A stretch of DNA of 59,343 nucleotides. Origin: a virus. The stretch lies in the UHGV virus genome UHGV-1362914. One strand, given 5' to 3'. Of the stretch, positions 7,752-16,764 are shown piece after piece; position 1 is the stretch's first letter; each line of letters starts with the position of its first letter. The notes beneath the pieces are model-generated. The model searched no databases. It worked only from the letters and a program-made list of their open reading frames with translations, and was not told the origin of the DNA. The translations under genes were made by a program, and so were the position numbers.

Positions 7752-10187
7752 TTATTCCTTACAAATACGCTCGAGCTGGTCCATATCAAGCACGCGCCAA
7801 GCATGAGTATTTTTACTGATATTAATAGGCGTAATGTCGGCATTTGCAGGAGTGGCCAGGGCGGACTTTTCTCCGTCTGTAATTACTTCAATTAAACCTT
7901 CCTGAACAAAATCTACCAGTGTGCGACGAAGTATCTCCGCAGGTCCGGAGTTACGCCTTGTTTGCTCCACACGAGAAAGCTGACCCTGGCAACGTGCAAG
8001 TATGGGTCCGCGTAAGAATATATTTAGCTTCTGGTGCGGTATATAGCGTATTTCGTTCTTAATGTCTGAAAGGTCGCTGGTACAGTAGCGAAGTATAGCA
8101 TTTGCAACAGTACGACGGATTTTAGATTCATTGACTTCACCAATTTCCCCGCTTTTATAACGATCGAGCATCATCTTAACAGAAGACATTATATAAGCAT
8201 AAGACCATTCAACATGATGCTTTTCAACAATAGGCTGATCAGGTCTTTCAAATACTGCGAACGTCCCGGCCATACGCTCAGTCTTTTCCTGAATACGGTT
8301 ATAGATCTGACGCAAAGTTTCATCATTCATTTTGGCTTCATTTCCCAGCTTGCCTTCCAAGAACATCTGGATTTCATAAAGCCTGTCGCGGGCTTCTTGA
8401 GTCTCTTGAACTTCAACAGAATGCCCGTTAGTTTGATAATCAGCTTGCTGCGCAAAGATATAATGAATCAAGCTAATCAATGATTCGGGTAAATCTAAAC
8501 GTGTATTCAGATTTCGACTGGTTGTATAGCCCTCATAAACACCATAGTTAAAACGAGACATAAAACCATCAGCGGCCAGCTTACCTGTAAGGTTCTTAAA
8601 CAGAGAATCTAAGGTTGTTTCACCAATGACTGTTAATGTAACTTCAGTCGAATTAGATTCAATATTGTTTTCCTTATTGGAATACTCAGCACCGCCGCTT
8701 AACATCCCTTCGTGCGATGCTGAGTAGGCGTTAAGGAGAAAGTTTTTCTTCTCCATTGCAGCAGGGTTAGCGGTGTTATTAAGATCTTCCAGTAGACCGC
8801 CGATCTCTGGCATTATCGTACATAAATTGATCTGCTCTAACAGCTTTTTGCGCCAAGCAATAGTAGAACGCATATCAGCGGATGAGAATAAAGAGTTCAT
8901 CTCCACCCCACGCTCGACCATTTTCTTAACAATTCGCCCAATACCCAAGTGCATGGCGTTCTTACCCGTTCCTGAACGAGCCGCAATAATATAGTAAGCG
9001 TTCAGGTGCTTATCGCGATATCGCCATCCTTTAGCTGTAAGAGCAGAGGCAAATGCGAGTGCTGTGGTTATAGAAATAACCGGAACAGGTAGCGTTGAAG
9101 TGTTGTAAATCCATTTAGCAATTTCACCAATAGGCCCTGGCGGGAAACCATATTCGACCTTCTCTACTTCAAACTCTGCATCTTTAGCCGCTAACGATTG
9201 CTTAATTTCAGCTTTCTGAGCATTGGCTTTTTCAGTGTTCGCCAACCATGCCTGTACGTTATTACGGGACATAGCTATGAGCGCTTCTGTTTCTGCTTGC
9301 TTGCGCTGAATTTCTACTTGCAGGTAAGAACGCATATTGTTGATCGTACGGCTAAGATATTTATCATCAGCCATGATCTTATCTTTCTGCCCGGGCTTAG
9401 GTCCACGGTTAGCCAGCGGAGTTTTCCGGAAGATGCGCATAACCTGAGCATTGTTTGGAGATGCTTTCACCAGGAAGTTAATAAGCGCCGCATCTGCTTC
9501 TGACCCTGACGGATATTGTGTAGGGATAAGTCGGGCAATTGGTGAGTAATAAAGCACCTCAAACAGATCAGAGTTTTCCCAGCTGAGAATATCGTTAATG
9601 ACATCTTCATCTGAGCGAACTTGTGGCTGGTCTTCAACCTTGACGATGATCTTAGCTTTTTCATCAAGAAACTGAGCAAGGTATTCGCAGACCCCGTTTC
9701 CGTTAGAAATCGGCGTGTTTATAACCACATTACCCGTACAGATAATGAATCGCTCCTGGCTATAGCGTTCAATACCATAGTCAGAGGAGCGACGACCTTC
9801 ACCGTGGTTACCGTAAACCCATACATGCAATCCCTTCCCGGAAGCGGAAGATTCAACATAGGAAAACGCACCCTGGGCAATCTGCCAGAACCATTGAGAG
9901 TGTTCAGGTGGTGTGTCTTCCTTAACATCCATATCAATTACAGTGAAAGGGTCGTCAGGGGTTAGAACGAAACCAGGTAACAGACCTTCATTCATTTCGC
10001 AGAGGTGCTCTGCTGTGGCATATGACATCCAAGTTTTCGGGTCTGTGGGGGAAGCTTTTTCAAGTGGCTGCTGATAGCCAGGTGAGTACATGGGTATCTT
10101 ATCCGCATAACAAACTACCCACTGAGGGATAGCTTTTATCTCTTGCGGGAAAAGATAACCGTCGAACTCTGTTTGGAATTGTTTCAT
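7752..10187 (-). CDS. bifunctional primase-polymerase (AEP prim-pol) fused to C-terminal P-loop NTPase/helicase-like domain
   Basis: N-terminal VIDMDVK (DxD) and SGKGLHVWVY (SGxGxHxY AEP motif). Downstream P-loop ARSGTGKNA. 811 aa from MKQFQTEF. Confidence 0.55.
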   Translation of the reverse strand: MKQFQTEFDGYLFPQEIKAIPQWVVCYADKIPMYSPGYQQPLEKASPTDPKTWMSYATAEHLCEMNEGLLPGFVLTPDDPFTVIDMDVKEDTPPEHSQWFWQIAQGAFSYVESSASGKGLHVWVYGNHGEGRRSSDYGIERYSQERFIICTGNVVINTPISNGNGVCEYLAQFLDEKAKIIVKVEDQPQVRSDEDVINDILSWENSDLFEVLYYSPIARLIPTQYPSGSEADAALINFLVKASPNNAQVMRIFRKTPLANRGPKPGQKDKIMADDKYLSRTINNMRSYLQVEIQRKQAETEALIAMSRNNVQAWLANTEKANAQKAEIKQSLAAKDAEFEVEKVEYGFPPGPIGEIAKWIYNTSTLPVPVISITTALAFASALTAKGWRYRDKHLNAYYIIAARSGTGKNAMHLGIGRIVKKMVERGVEMNSLFSSADMRSTIAWRKKLLEQINLCTIMPEIGGLLEDLNNTANPAAMEKKNFLLNAYSASHEGMLSGGAEYSNKENNIESNSTEVTLTVIGETTLDSLFKNLTGKLAADGFMSRFNYGVYEGYTTSRNLNTRLDLPESLISLIHYIFAQQADYQTNGHSVEVQETQEARDRLYEIQMFLEGKLGNEAKMNDETLRQIYNRIQEKTERMAGTFAVFERPDQPIVEKHHVEWSYAYIMSSVKMMLDRYKSGEIGEVNESKIRRTVANAILRYCTSDLSDIKNEIRYIPHQKLNIFLRGPILARCQGQLSRVEQTRRNSGPAEILRRTLVDFVQEGLIEVITDGEKSALATPANADITPINISKNTHAWRVLDMDQLERICKE

Positions 10188-10245
10188 CGGGCGGCTGTCC
10201 TTGGACGTAGTTAGGGCGCCTATATTAGCGCCCAATAACGAATCA

Positions 10246-10794
10246 TTACAACTTGTAAACGCCTACGGTTGTGGCTCTGCCTTTCCATAGGTTGAGTTTT
10301 TGACACGTTATATCTTCGTGTTTTTCGATCAGCTTTTGATCCATTCTCTGGTTTTTATTGAGCGTTATGAAAACCCGATGCTTGTAGTTACCCTGGCGAT
10401 CAGAAATTTCTTGAACCAGCATGTAACGATCGCGTGACTTTTGTTCGCGTAGTTGTTCCCTCACTTCTCTCTGGCAATCTTGAATAAGGGAATTGAATTC
10501 CTCTTTCATCAAAGGTTGCCCTGAAAGTTTAATATTGTATGCTGCTTGGACAGCATCCGCAGCAGTAGTGACTGCTTTTGCTATACCCTCTTTAGCATTC
10601 TTGCTCTGTGCAATACCAACGGCCTTGTCGAAGTAAGGGCTAGTATCCCAGCCGCTGTCGCCACGCAGCATCGCAGGACGGAGGACAAGATCGGGTACGC
10701 CTGGCGTCGCGAATTTGAAAGTATAGGCTTCGCCTAACGCATCTTTTTCGTATACAACGCTCAGAACTGAGGTTTGAACTGGAAAGAATGACAT
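10246..10794 (-). CDS. hypothetical protein
   Basis: ORF; stop/start coupling with the upstream gene. Confidence 0.4.
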   Translation of the reverse strand: MSFFPVQTSVLSVVYEKDALGEAYTFKFATPGVPDLVLRPAMLRGDSGWDTSPYFDKAVGIAQSKNAKEGIAKAVTTAADAVQAAYNIKLSGQPLMKEEFNSLIQDCQREVREQLREQKSRDRYMLVQEISDRQGNYKHRVFITLNKNQRMDQKLIEKHEDITCQKLNLWKGRATTVGVYKL

Positions 10795-11414
10795 TATTCT
10801 TTATCTCCGTATTTATGAAACATTCTGCGAATTGCCTCCTCGAGACTTGGAGCAGATTCGCCCTTACGTTCGTGACTGCGCCCAATAGCAACAGTAAACC
10901 ACCGCGTAGCATCATCTTGAAACAGAGTAACGCTCGTATCGGTGCCGTTTTCAACATAACCCATAAGATTACGAATCATATCGAACATTTCGGCTTTCTT
11001 GCGCCATTTGTTAACCTCAACCATTAGCTGGCTGAGGTTAGGGCCAAATAAGCCAGCGGTAAGATCGTAGCCTTCTTCATGCTCGTCCTGGATAACGGCT
11101 TGAGTCAGTAAGCGAGCAAACACCAAAACGCCTTCGTTGAGTTTAATGGTGTTTACATCGTTACGAACTGCGTCGTGTTGATTTTCCATATTGACACGGG
11201 CTTCGAGCATCTTCCAGACGCGCTCGTACTCCGGCCAGTCGTGTTCAACGACAACAGTTTTTAGATCAGCTTTACCGCGTCTGTGACGTTCGAGGTTTAA
11301 AACTTCAAGAGTGCAATTCAAAGTGTCAATATCAGAACCGATAAGACTTCCGTGATATAAAGCATATTTTATATCAGACTTCTTAATCACGATATAACGT
11401 TCTTCACGTTCCAT
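10794..11414 (-). CDS. hypothetical protein (start MEREERY overlapping upstream stop TAATG)
   Basis: GGAG RBS 7 nt upstream of the internal ATG. Confidence 0.4.
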   Translation of the reverse strand: MEREERYIVIKKSDIKYALYHGSLIGSDIDTLNCTLEVLNLERHRRGKADLKTVVVEHDWPEYERVWKMLEARVNMENQHDAVRNDVNTIKLNEGVLVFARLLTQAVIQDEHEEGYDLTAGLFGPNLSQLMVEVNKWRKKAEMFDMIRNLMGYVENGTDTSVTLFQDDATRWFTVAIGRSHERKGESAPSLEEAIRRMFHKYGDKE

Positions 11415-11992
11415 TATTTTGCTCCGTACATTGAACAAACATAGTCAACCATATGATACCAACCTTCTTGGGTATCATAGACACCAAAATCTAGTATAGG
11501 GATATTAAGCATCTTGGCAAGACGTAAAGCCTGACCAGTACCTCCTTCACCCCGACCGCCCTCCGTCCAGCAAACAACAAATTGAACAGGTGTGTTTAAA
11601 TCTTGACCAAGGATTTGGTAAGTGTTACGCGCATGAAGTTCAAGCGCATGTGGCGATAAGTTCTTACCATTAGGATGCAACAGACGCGCAATTACCTTAC
11701 AACCTAGAACAGAACCTGTCACTTCATCTAAGTAGCTAGTTTGTTTCCAAGGCTCAGGATTCTCCCGTGTAATTTGTTCCATGCTCATATAGTTATGCTT
11801 GTTAGGCAGGAAGATTTCGCAAGAACCTTGAACAGCTCTCGCACCATACTCAAAAGCACTGTCAGCACCTTGTGCGCGTCCGCTCCGCAACGTCCAGCCA
11901 GCTTGCCCTAAGCGCCCGGCTAAGCTAGCAAATACAGCACATACCTTAGAGGGCGTTTTGCGGCTACCAATTCCGGCATATATTTTATTCAC
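11414..11992 (-). CDS. DprA/Smf-like Rossmann-fold (SLOG superfamily) protein
   Basis: IYAGIGSRKTPS...SGRAQGADSAFEYGA resembles the DprA core GSR..S...SG.A.G.D..AH. Confidence 0.4.
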   Translation of the reverse strand: MNKIYAGIGSRKTPSKVCAVFASLAGRLGQAGWTLRSGRAQGADSAFEYGARAVQGSCEIFLPNKHNYMSMEQITRENPEPWKQTSYLDEVTGSVLGCKVIARLLHPNGKNLSPHALELHARNTYQILGQDLNTPVQFVVCWTEGGRGEGGTGQALRLAKMLNIPILDFGVYDTQEGWYHMVDYVCSMYGAK

Positions 11993-12522
11993 CAGTCAAG
12001 CTCCTTACCTTGTTGCATACCTTTTCGGGTGAAATGTATCATAGTCCACCAAACAGGAGAAACAAGTCTGTTAAGGTGATCTTTCCTCCAGCCCACAGAA
12101 ATTAAATATTCCGCGCAATCTGGATATTCGAAAGATAGTTTTTCACTGTTCTTACGACTCATACATTGAACAGGTATTAATGAAAAGCCTTCCTTTTTCC
12201 TGACCATTAAACCTAATGAACGTAATCGACCCAGGATTCCATTATCCGTCCTGTTAAATTCCATACATAAATCAACAAGACGTACTTCGGTATTTTTAAC
12301 TGCCTTAGTTTTAGCCATAATCGACTGTAAGAGTTTTAACGTCTCGGGCTTAGTCCAACGCATACCCACAGAACAGCCATGACAATCGACGGGCAAGTTT
12401 TTATCATGCTTCATGCGTTTCTTGGCTTTAGCTTGTTCCAAACGGCGCCAGCGTGACTCTTCTACTTGGGCTGGAGTCATATTAGATTCGTCAACCCAAG
12501 GTATTTTCTTTTTCTTATTCAT
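11989..12522 (-). CDS. hypothetical protein
   Basis: ORF; basic N-terminus. Confidence 0.4.
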   Translation of the reverse strand: MNKKKKIPWVDESNMTPAQVEESRWRRLEQAKAKKRMKHDKNLPVDCHGCSVGMRWTKPETLKLLQSIMAKTKAVKNTEVRLVDLCMEFNRTDNGILGRLRSLGLMVRKKEGFSLIPVQCMSRKNSEKLSFEYPDCAEYLISVGWRKDHLNRLVSPVWWTMIHFTRKGMQQGKELDW

Positions 12523-12869
12523 TCTTTACCCTTACGCATACCGCGGCCCATGAACTGGATGAAATATGGGTTCTTGGCGAAGTCAGACTCTGAACGGGCG
12601 ATTAGCATATACCGGACTTTACTGCTACCAGCTTCAGTTATATCCCAGAAACGATGTCGTGGTTTACAATTCCGGGCAGTTAAGAGCTCTTGCCATTCAT
12701 AATGAATCTCAAAAAACTGATCATCCGTAAGATGTGAAAATTCAGAACGGACAATTTCCTTCGCTTTCATGAACGGTATTCTTTTTAGGCGACAATCCAC
12801 AAAAGTATCATGAAATTTCTGAAGATTCATAAACAGAGGTGATTGGAGATCTAAATGAAAGTTCAGCAT
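12519..12869 (-). CDS. hypothetical protein
   Basis: ORF. Confidence 0.35.
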   Translation of the reverse strand: MLNFHLDLQSPLFMNLQKFHDTFVDCRLKRIPFMKAKEIVRSEFSHLTDDQFFEIHYEWQELLTARNCKPRHRFWDITEAGSSKVRYMLIARSESDFAKNPYFIQFMGRGMRKGKE

Positions 12870-12876
12870 AATGTGG

Positions 12877-13113
12877 TTACCTTTCTCTCACGGATACAAC
12901 AACTTCTACGATTTCGCAAGTGTCTTCTTTCAGGTCTTTAGCAACACACATAAACATAATTTCAGCCGCTTTAATACCTGGTGTCCGGTTAGCATAAGTA
13001 AGGTCGTCAACCCAAGAAGCGTCATGTACAGTTTTACCATTTTTGACGCGAGTAACGACGCGGAGGTATTTACCAGTTTTCCGATTTTTGACAACGCACA
13101 TTATACGTTCCAT
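12877..13113 (-). CDS. hypothetical protein
   Basis: ORF. Confidence 0.35.
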   Translation of the reverse strand: MERIMCVVKNRKTGKYLRVVTRVKNGKTVHDASWVDDLTYANRTPGIKAAEIMFMCVAKDLKEDTCEIVEVVVSVRER

Positions 13114-13118
13114 AACAT

Positions 13119-13400
13119 CTACCTTATTAAGTATCTAAGCAATGTACCTATTATAAAGCAGGCTGCAACAAATACCATAGAGATCAGAATATTTATAAGC
13201 CTGTTTCGCGCCTTTAATTTAAGCTCTTCAATCTTCAGAGAGCGCTTCACACGCCGGGCAGTATCGGCCCGCGCGTCGGCGTAGCCGTCCAGCCAGTCAA
13301 AGTACCGGTCGCTGTCGAGATTAACATTGTAGGGATTTGAATCTTCACACTCGCCGTTAATGTAGCCCATATAGCCTTGCTGAATCGGATCACTGCTCAT
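13119..13400 (-). CDS. hypothetical membrane protein (C-terminal TM helix)
   Basis: Hydrophobic segment LINILISMVFVAACFIIGTLL. Confidence 0.35.
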   Translation of the reverse strand: MSSDPIQQGYMGYINGECEDSNPYNVNLDSDRYFDWLDGYADARADTARRVKRSLKIEELKLKARNRLINILISMVFVAACFIIGTLLRYLIR

Positions 13401-13620
13401 CTAAATACCTCAATATGTCTATGCACTGGTGGGAGAGCTCGTTCAACTCTTTTAACTGAGCCAACGGCAAGTGATTGCTGAAACGCGCTATGGTATCGCA
13501 CGCGCTTGAAGGAAACAGGATAAGCGCTTTCGCGGTAACAAACTTATCCAGCCCAATGTAATATCTAATCTTCCATATTTGCTCGCGTACTTGTTTTAAC
13601 TCCGAGCCCATGTCTATCAT
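13390..13620 (-). CDS. hypothetical protein
   Basis: ORF. Confidence 0.3.
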   Translation of the reverse strand: MIDMGSELKQVREQIWKIRYYIGLDKFVTAKALILFPSSACDTIARFSNHLPLAQLKELNELSHQCIDILRYLDEQ

Positions 13621-14156
13621 TTGGCACGCTCTGCTATGATTTTGCGGAACACATGATCAATCTCCTTTAATGCGTTCTTGAGTTCTGGAGGTTGGTCCTT
13701 AATCAATTCGCCGATCACTTTCTTAAAATCCCCGCCCTCGTAGAATTGCGGGTACTGAGCCGCAACGTATCCTTTCCAGTTTAGCATCTCGGCACGCGGT
13801 TCGTTAGTGGTCTTATAGACAGTACCCCACAGCGTATATTCGTACTCACCTTTGACCTTTTTAGGGCGACCAGGTTTTTTATCGGCTTTCTTAGCTTCTC
13901 GTGTGGAAGCTTTCGCGGTCTGCTGATCTGTATACGCTCCGAACCACCATTCTGCATAAGAACGGCGGTAATACACGCGCTGGCTATCTTTAACCACAAT
14001 TACACGCCGAGCTTTAATAAGCTGCGTTTGGCGTGACATAGAGATTTTATACTTTTCTTCTACTTCTTTGGCAGTCATATATCGTTGTCTGAATTCTTCG
14101 TTTTCAACTTCAGTCCAATGATCTATATCAGCTTGCGTCATTTCTAAAGGGTTCAT
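13617..14156 (-). CDS. putative DNA-binding early protein (AT-hook-like KKPGRPKK)
   Basis: First gene of the leftward operon. Basic region KKADKKPGRPKKVK. GAGGAG RBS. Confidence 0.4.
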   Translation of the reverse strand: MNPLEMTQADIDHWTEVENEEFRQRYMTAKEVEEKYKISMSRQTQLIKARRVIVVKDSQRVYYRRSYAEWWFGAYTDQQTAKASTREAKKADKKPGRPKKVKGEYEYTLWGTVYKTTNEPRAEMLNWKGYVAAQYPQFYEGGDFKKVIGELIKDQPPELKNALKEIDHVFRKIIAERAK

Positions 14157-14946
14157 ATTAGCTCCTCAGTCTACTACGCACATTATATAGGCAAAGTAAA
14201 TGATCATCTAGTCTTATTTAGTTACTTTATAAATGCATAGTCTTATGCAGGAGATTGCTATAGTTACTTTAGTGAAAATAGCGAAAGTAAAGTAATTATC
14301 GGAGGTGGATAGCTATAGTTACTTTAGGATGGATTATGCGAGTAGCTTTAATTACTTTTCCTATAGTTACTTTACTAACTTTGCTAAGCCTTGCTATAGC
14401 TGGAAAAGCTTTACTTAGGTGAGTTACTTTAGCAACAACATGCTTTCGTACTTTCCGCTTTCACTATAAGTACCCTGGAAAACTACCTATAGAAACTCGT
14501 AACTATAGTCCAATTATTTTTCATGAATTCAGTAAAAAAGTAGTAAAGTAGTAAGTAATATATAGATGAATATACGTATTTACTGGGTTTTCTCTGCTTT
14601 CTGGGCTATAAAGTTCATTAAAGTACAAATCTAGTAGAATTTTCTTCTTTCTAGAGACGAATAATGCGGTAAGAAAGTGGTCACTCAACTACCTGACTAG
14701 CATATACCTGACCAGCAATATTTCAATTTGACAAATTTGGATTTTAGATTTTCAGATTTTGATTTTTCGTTTCTTATTTATGACTTGTTTTGAGCTCGTT
14801 TCTGCGCTAGAATACTTATATTACCAATGCCGCTGAAGATTCGAAGTCCTAAGGACGATAGATAAGCGCGTTGGCACAATGTGGTTACAGAAATCGACTT
14901 CACATAACAGCAGAAAGCTGAAAAATCAGAATAGGAGTGCTATAGA
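14157..14946. promoter_or_regulatory. divergent control region between the leftward early operon and the rightward block. Contains candidate sigma70-like elements (TATAAT on minus at about 14183..14188; TTGTTT-17-TAGAAT on plus at 14785..14813) and phased A/T tracts
   Basis: 790 bp without ORFs, AT-rich. Hexamers were read directly from the sequence; the -35 matches are weak. Confidence 0.35.
14221..14431 (+). repeat. iteron-like array of five direct copies of GTTACTTTA plus one inverted copy (three in the extended form CTATAGTTACTTTAG)
   Basis: Direct copies start at 14221, 14263, 14318, 14366 and 14423, spaced 42-57 bp apart. Inverted copy TAAAGTAA near 14288. Palindrome CTATAG x4. Confidence 0.6.
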
Positions 14947-15255
14947 ATGAAAATTGAAGGTATGAGCGAACAATATCTGTCGGCTGGTGGCAAATTTTTC
15001 GTGCAATACGACTTCGACGAGAATGGTAAACCTTTGTATCGTCAGATCGAGCTCTACTTACCGTCGGCCGAAGGCACTTACGGCGAGCCGATTGAAGTAA
15101 CCATGAAGAAATGGCTCGATCAGCTCGAAGACGGTAGTCGCGACTGGAAGTGGGCTATCGGTTCTACGGGCGGACAGCTCACCGCTCGCTACCAGGTGCG
15201 CGAGAGCGACGGCGAACTGGTGTCTTTGCTGGCGCTGAAAGGCGGGATGGCGTAG
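14947..15255 (+). CDS. hypothetical protein (GC-rich, acidic)
   Basis: GGAG RBS. First gene of the plus block. Confidence 0.45.
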   Translation: MKIEGMSEQYLSAGGKFFVQYDFDENGKPLYRQIELYLPSAEGTYGEPIEVTMKKWLDQLEDGSRDWKWAIGSTGGQLTARYQVRESDGELVSLLALKGGMA

Positions 15256-15312
15256 CAAATACTGGCCCAGGACGGGCCTGGAAATGTTCCTGTCAATTTC
15301 AAATTTTGTAGA

Positions 15313-15347
15313 AGCCTCGCGTATAGTAAGAATCGCGGGGCTTTTTG
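15313..15347 (+). terminator. putative rho-independent terminator
   Basis: AGCCTCGCG...CGCGGGGCT stem (one mismatch) with a 12-nt loop, followed by TTTTT. Confidence 0.4.
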
Positions 15348-15375
15348 TTGGCAGAAACAGATCTATCCGCTTCAA

Positions 15376-16159
15376 TAGATGAGTTGGCTAACGATAGGAG
15401 GCTCATCATGAGGAGGCTCAGGATATTATGAGTCAGCTACTGGTATATTAGTCGTCGGATAACAATAAGTCGTCTCAGTGTCTGCTAGTCGGCAGGTAGA
15501 TAGCTAGTAATTCAAAAGTTAACAATGAGTCAGCTACTGACCTACTAGGTGTTTAGTTACAACATTCTTCGGTGGTAGCTTGGTCGCAGATAGTTCGAGA
15601 GCGAAGTATGAGCAAATTATTAAAGAGCCTGCGAGCAGTAGCCAGTCTGTCGGCGCTGTTTGCCCGGAGTGCTTATTATACTATGATCGGCTAATAGTTC
15701 ACAATGGCAAGCAATTTGGTCTAGCAAGAAGTAGGCCCAAGGTCGTGGCCAAAAGTGGCAAATCGAGATCTATTTCTTTTCATACTAGGGTACAGGGTAC
15801 CGGCTAGAAACGCTTAAAATCGCCTACAGCGCGTTTTAGCGCGATGTCGATATATACAGTAGATTTAGAATGGGCCTAGTTCTTGCTACGCGCAGGCGTT
15901 ACTAATAAATGTGCAGATACGACATGGGCCTATTTATTGCATACCGCATTTCGTGATATTATCACAATCTTAGCCTGCGATGAGAGTGCTCAGTATGTAG
16001 AACTCTGAAAATTTACACTTCTAACTGATTGATAGATAACAAGTTTATCAGGATAGCATTTTTGGCCACTCCAAAGTCTACGCATTAACATGATATTAGA
16101 AGCGTAGGTTGTAGTTAAGAAGTCCGGCAGCAATAAAGCAGAAATGAAAGGGAATACGT
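15376..16159. other. ~0.8-kb ORF-poor region with internal repeats (candidate ncRNA / regulatory / origin region)
   Basis: No ORF of 60 aa or more with ATG and RBS in any frame. Contains duplicated ATGAGTCAGCTACTG (15428, 15525), duplicated AGGAGGCTCA, palindrome GTGATATTATCAC (15953..15965) and GATAA-N5-TTATC (16035..16049). Confidence 0.4.
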
Positions 16160-16405
16160 ATGTTAACTCAAAAACAAATTACTAAACGCATCATCGGTCG
16201 CTGGTTGCATAAGCGCGGCGTGCCAGTAGTAGGTAACCGCTTCGGCCGCTACGTAATCGATAACGGTGCTGTAGAGCTGAAGTTCCAGGTCTACGAAGAC
16301 GGCACGATTAATACTTTTCGCTTCTATACGGGTTTGGCTGGTATCGAAAGCTTTAACGGTTTATCGGCGCTCTTAACAGCAGTTAAAGAAATGGATAAGG
16401 AGTAA
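16160..16405 (+). CDS. hypothetical protein
   Basis: AAGGGA RBS. GC-rich codon usage. Confidence 0.45.
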   Translation: MLTQKQITKRIIGRWLHKRGVPVVGNRFGRYVIDNGAVELKFQVYEDGTINTFRFYTGLAGIESFNGLSALLTAVKEMDKE

Positions 16406-16408
16406 ATC

Positions 16409-16714
16409 ATGGCCCGGAAAACTGTTAATATCAGCTCCAACGAGATCTATGAGCAGTTGAATCTTCAGCTGACTAATGGTTGGGAAGCAAACTCTGATTC
16501 CGAAATCGATACCTTGTGCATTAACGGTCGCGATTTTAACCTTGGTTACATCGTCCAGTTAGTTATGGACAGTTACAAAGGTTATAGTTTCATCGTTTAC
16601 GAGTTCGTGGAGCGTAAAGAAGACGGTGAGACTAATGAGTCGGATAACGATTTCCTGACTTACGATGAGGCTCTTAACTTCATTCGCACGAAAGTAGAAG
16701 CATACTCAGCATAA
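16409..16714 (+). CDS. hypothetical acidic protein
   Basis: ORF tightly linked to the upstream gene. Confidence 0.45.
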   Translation: MARKTVNISSNEIYEQLNLQLTNGWEANSDSEIDTLCINGRDFNLGYIVQLVMDSYKGYSFIVYEFVERKEDGETNESDNDFLTYDEALNFIRTKVEAYSA

Positions 16715-16764
16715 TCCGGCGAATAATCGCCACTCGATAACAAAATTAAGAAAAGGTGAATACT

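Noticed and set aside
15058-15375. 105-aa ORF on the minus strand antisense to the 14947..15255 gene
   Set aside because: Its Ala/Arg-rich composition is typical of a GC-rich shadow frame. It has no RBS and would point into the rightward block.
15580-15807. 75-aa ORF in the ORF-poor region, and a possible tRNA T-loop-like GTTCGAG nearby
   Set aside because: The ORF starts at TTG with no in-frame ATG or RBS. No cloverleaf could be folded around the T-loop-like word.
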